From Sphyrna mokarran (Eukaryota): a stretch of 64,000 bases of DNA. Positions within the stretch are counted from its first letter, which is position 1. Each line of letters starts with the position of its first letter. Under the pieces are notes generated by a model that saw only the letters and a list, made by a program, of their open reading frames with translations, was not told the origin of the DNA and made no database searches. Shown here in pieces: positions 61,661-64,000 of this stretch. A program made the translations under genes and the position numbers. Location of the stretch: assembly GCA_024679065.1 (NCBI GenBank), contig JAGIQG010000029.1, forward strand, positions 8,928,001 to 8,992,000. Direction: 5' to 3'.

Positions 61661-63649
61661 AGGAAAACATTTTCCCCAAGATTCCATTTCCTGGCTCCAG
61701 CCTCAAATACAACAATCTTAGTTTTTAATAATTTCTGTTTTTGACAGAATAAGACATCCTAAAGCACTAACCACATTTTAAAGATGACCAAAAACTGGGA
61801 CAAACATGTAGGTTTTAAGGAGTGTCTTAAAGGAGGAATGAGAGGCAGAGAGGGCAAGAGTTAGAACTCAAGGCCCCAGCAATTGAAGGCACGGCCACAT
61901 ATGGTGCAGCAATTATAAGCAGAGATGCTCATGAGGCCAGAATTAAAGGAGTGCAGATATCTGCAGAGGGTTGCATGGCTGGAGGCCATTATAGAAATGG
62001 GCCATTACAGAAAAACTGAAGCTTTGCTTAACCAGGAGCACTGTAGGTTAGCGTCACAGTGGTGCTGGGTGAACCAGACTTGATTCAAGCTAGGATACTG
62101 GTGGCAAATTTTTGAAAGACCTTAAGTTTATAGAGAACAGAATGTAGGTGGTTGGCCAGGAATGCATTGATCTGGTCAAGATTAGAAGTAACAATGGCAT
62201 GGAGGTTTTTAGCACTATATTAAAATATGAAGTTCAGGAGGGAGAGCCAAATAAGAGAAAGAAGGTGAGAATATGAGAAAGTACTGGAAGCTAATGCAAA
62301 AGAGAATCCCAGTCTTCTGTAGGCATCGTTATGAATTCAATTCATTGTGCTCCTGGCTGCTAAGTTAGCAGTCTATGGAGAGTGTAACATTTAAGATGCG
62401 GGCTGTTCCAATGCTTGTTTCATTGCCCAGTGATTGAGGATGTGACCTCAGAATGGTTTGATAGGTCCCCAGATCTGTTCAGAGGCCAGAGTCCAGCAGT
62501 TATCATTTGGTCATTTTTCAGGTGAGCCAGTGGAAGAAGCTTCTGTTATAATCCAGGTCAGAAACTCCTGAGGTATTTTATGAAGTTTTGCAGTTTGAAT
62601 TTGGCTAGGGTAAACATGCAATGTTTCACTTCAGGTCTGATTCAAATGATCCATGAGGGAGCTTTTATCAAACAAAGTTCATTTAAGAATATAGTTAACA
62701 CACACAAAATTAGTAATTACCAGTTACAATCAAGAAAAGAACAATCATGATATTGTGTAAACCTCAACCAAATGTGCTGTTCCAATACAACAAACCTCCT
62801 TATAGAACTACCCCAGGTTTAACAAAGAAAATAAGAATGCTTGCATGGTTTTGCAGCTCAGCAGTACCTGCTGTGAATTAATCCTTTGGATAGAATTGAA
62901 GCTCTGACTTCCCAGCCTTGTACCTTCCAGCAGACCTTGAGGTAGGGGTAAAGCCATGGCTAGCTTTTAGCTTTTAGCCAGCAAACCACTTCCTGCAAAA
63001 TTTTCACTCTGGTTCGACAAGTAAACTGCTTCCAACATTGCAAAACTTCTAGTAATAGGGAGAGAAACACAGGAACACTACCTTTTAGGCTGGATTGCAC
63101 ACAGCAGCTAACTGAAAATGAAAGTGAATCCTTGGATTCTTTGGTGAAGGAACTATCTGACTTTGACTTGTCAATCATTCTTCCCACAGTACTTTAAAAG
63201 GTTGTAAACTCCCAAAAAGTTCATTTGATCTAGTGTAAAAATAAAATCCTATTTAAATCATTTAAGCAGTAATAAAAGGACATCTACATAGGCAACCGTG
63301 CCACAACAAAGAAACAAAGCTGCTTACAAATGTTTCCCAAAATGGTGCTGGGGCAAGGCAGACCTACTGCCCATGTGGGATCTGTAGCAGGTGCTGCAGT
63401 CCCAGAACTGGGGATTTCTCTACACTGGCTCCCAGAGCATTAAGTTGATCTTTCTCTACACCTTGGCTGTGACTGCAACACTATATTCTGCACTCTTTCC
63501 TTTCCTTCTGTATAGATGGTATGCTTTGTATAGTGTGCAAGAAACAATACTTTTATTGTATATTAATATATGTGACAATAATCAAAATCAAATTGCAGAG
63601 GACATGATTTAAAATCACATTTCTTAAAGATATATTACTGTCACACTAC

Positions 63650-63985
63650 ATTCAGTCAAAGTGTTGTTGTTACCTTTGAGGAGCTGAGACAAGGGCTTAT
63701 AGTGTTCACAGGTAGTAGAAGGGAGCTCAGGTATTTGAAGAGTGTTTGGGGAAAGATCTAGGATGTGTATATAGCTGGATATGGCTCAGAGACATGAGTC
63801 TGGAGTGTGAAGTGATTCATGTTGGTAGTTAGAATGCAGAGATACAATATAAAGGGTAAAATTCTAAAGGACACATAGCAGCAAAGAGATCTGGCTGTAT
63901 ATATAAGTAAATCTTTGAAGATGGCAGGACAGGTTACATATAGCATCTTGAGCTTCATCAATAAGGACATAATGTATAATTTTTT
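63650..63985 (+). mobile_element. Degraded CR1 RT fragment
   Basis: aagtgattcatgttggtag...gcaaagagatctggctgtatatataagtaaatctttgaag. Confidence 0.55.
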
Positions 63986-64000
63986 TCTACCTGATGCTTT

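Noticed and set aside
62544-63309. Possible solo LTR on the minus strand (TGT...ATAACA)
   Set aside because: No matching TSD, PBS or PPT, and no second copy in the window.
288-63970. Remaining ORFs of 60-170 aa in the ORF track
   Set aside because: They overlap SINE/LINE sequence or lack recognisable domains, many use non-ATG starts, and no splice-consistent multi-exon gene could be assembled.

Overview
Eukaryotic, non-coding, repeat-dense window, most likely intronic or intergenic DNA of a cartilaginous fish (shark): it is full of HE1-like V-SINEs, DeuSINE/SacSINE1-like relics, CR1/L2-group and Rex1-like LINE fragments and Penelope-like elements (PLEs). No host protein-coding gene can be supported; the meaningful ORFs are retroelement remnants. 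The standout is a CpG-rich, ORF-less insertion of about 1.43 kb (46988-48419) that splits a CR1 reverse transcriptase. It begins with 23 nt of the 28S rRNA R2 target site, folds into an HDV-like ribozyme, repeats that architecture twice more, carries an internal tRNA/V-SINE, and ends in an R2-type 3' pseudoknot. It looks like a non-autonomous R2-derived element sitting outside rDNA. Other notable items: a near-intact PLE with a 15-bp TSD and a hammerhead ribozyme, palindromic PLE-derived mini-elements, CR1 LINEs with a V-SINE captured in their 3' UTR, a ~410-bp inverted duplication, a Gypsy gag-protease relic and a hAT MITE. Boundaries of old repeats are approximate and family names were recognised by eye, not by database search.
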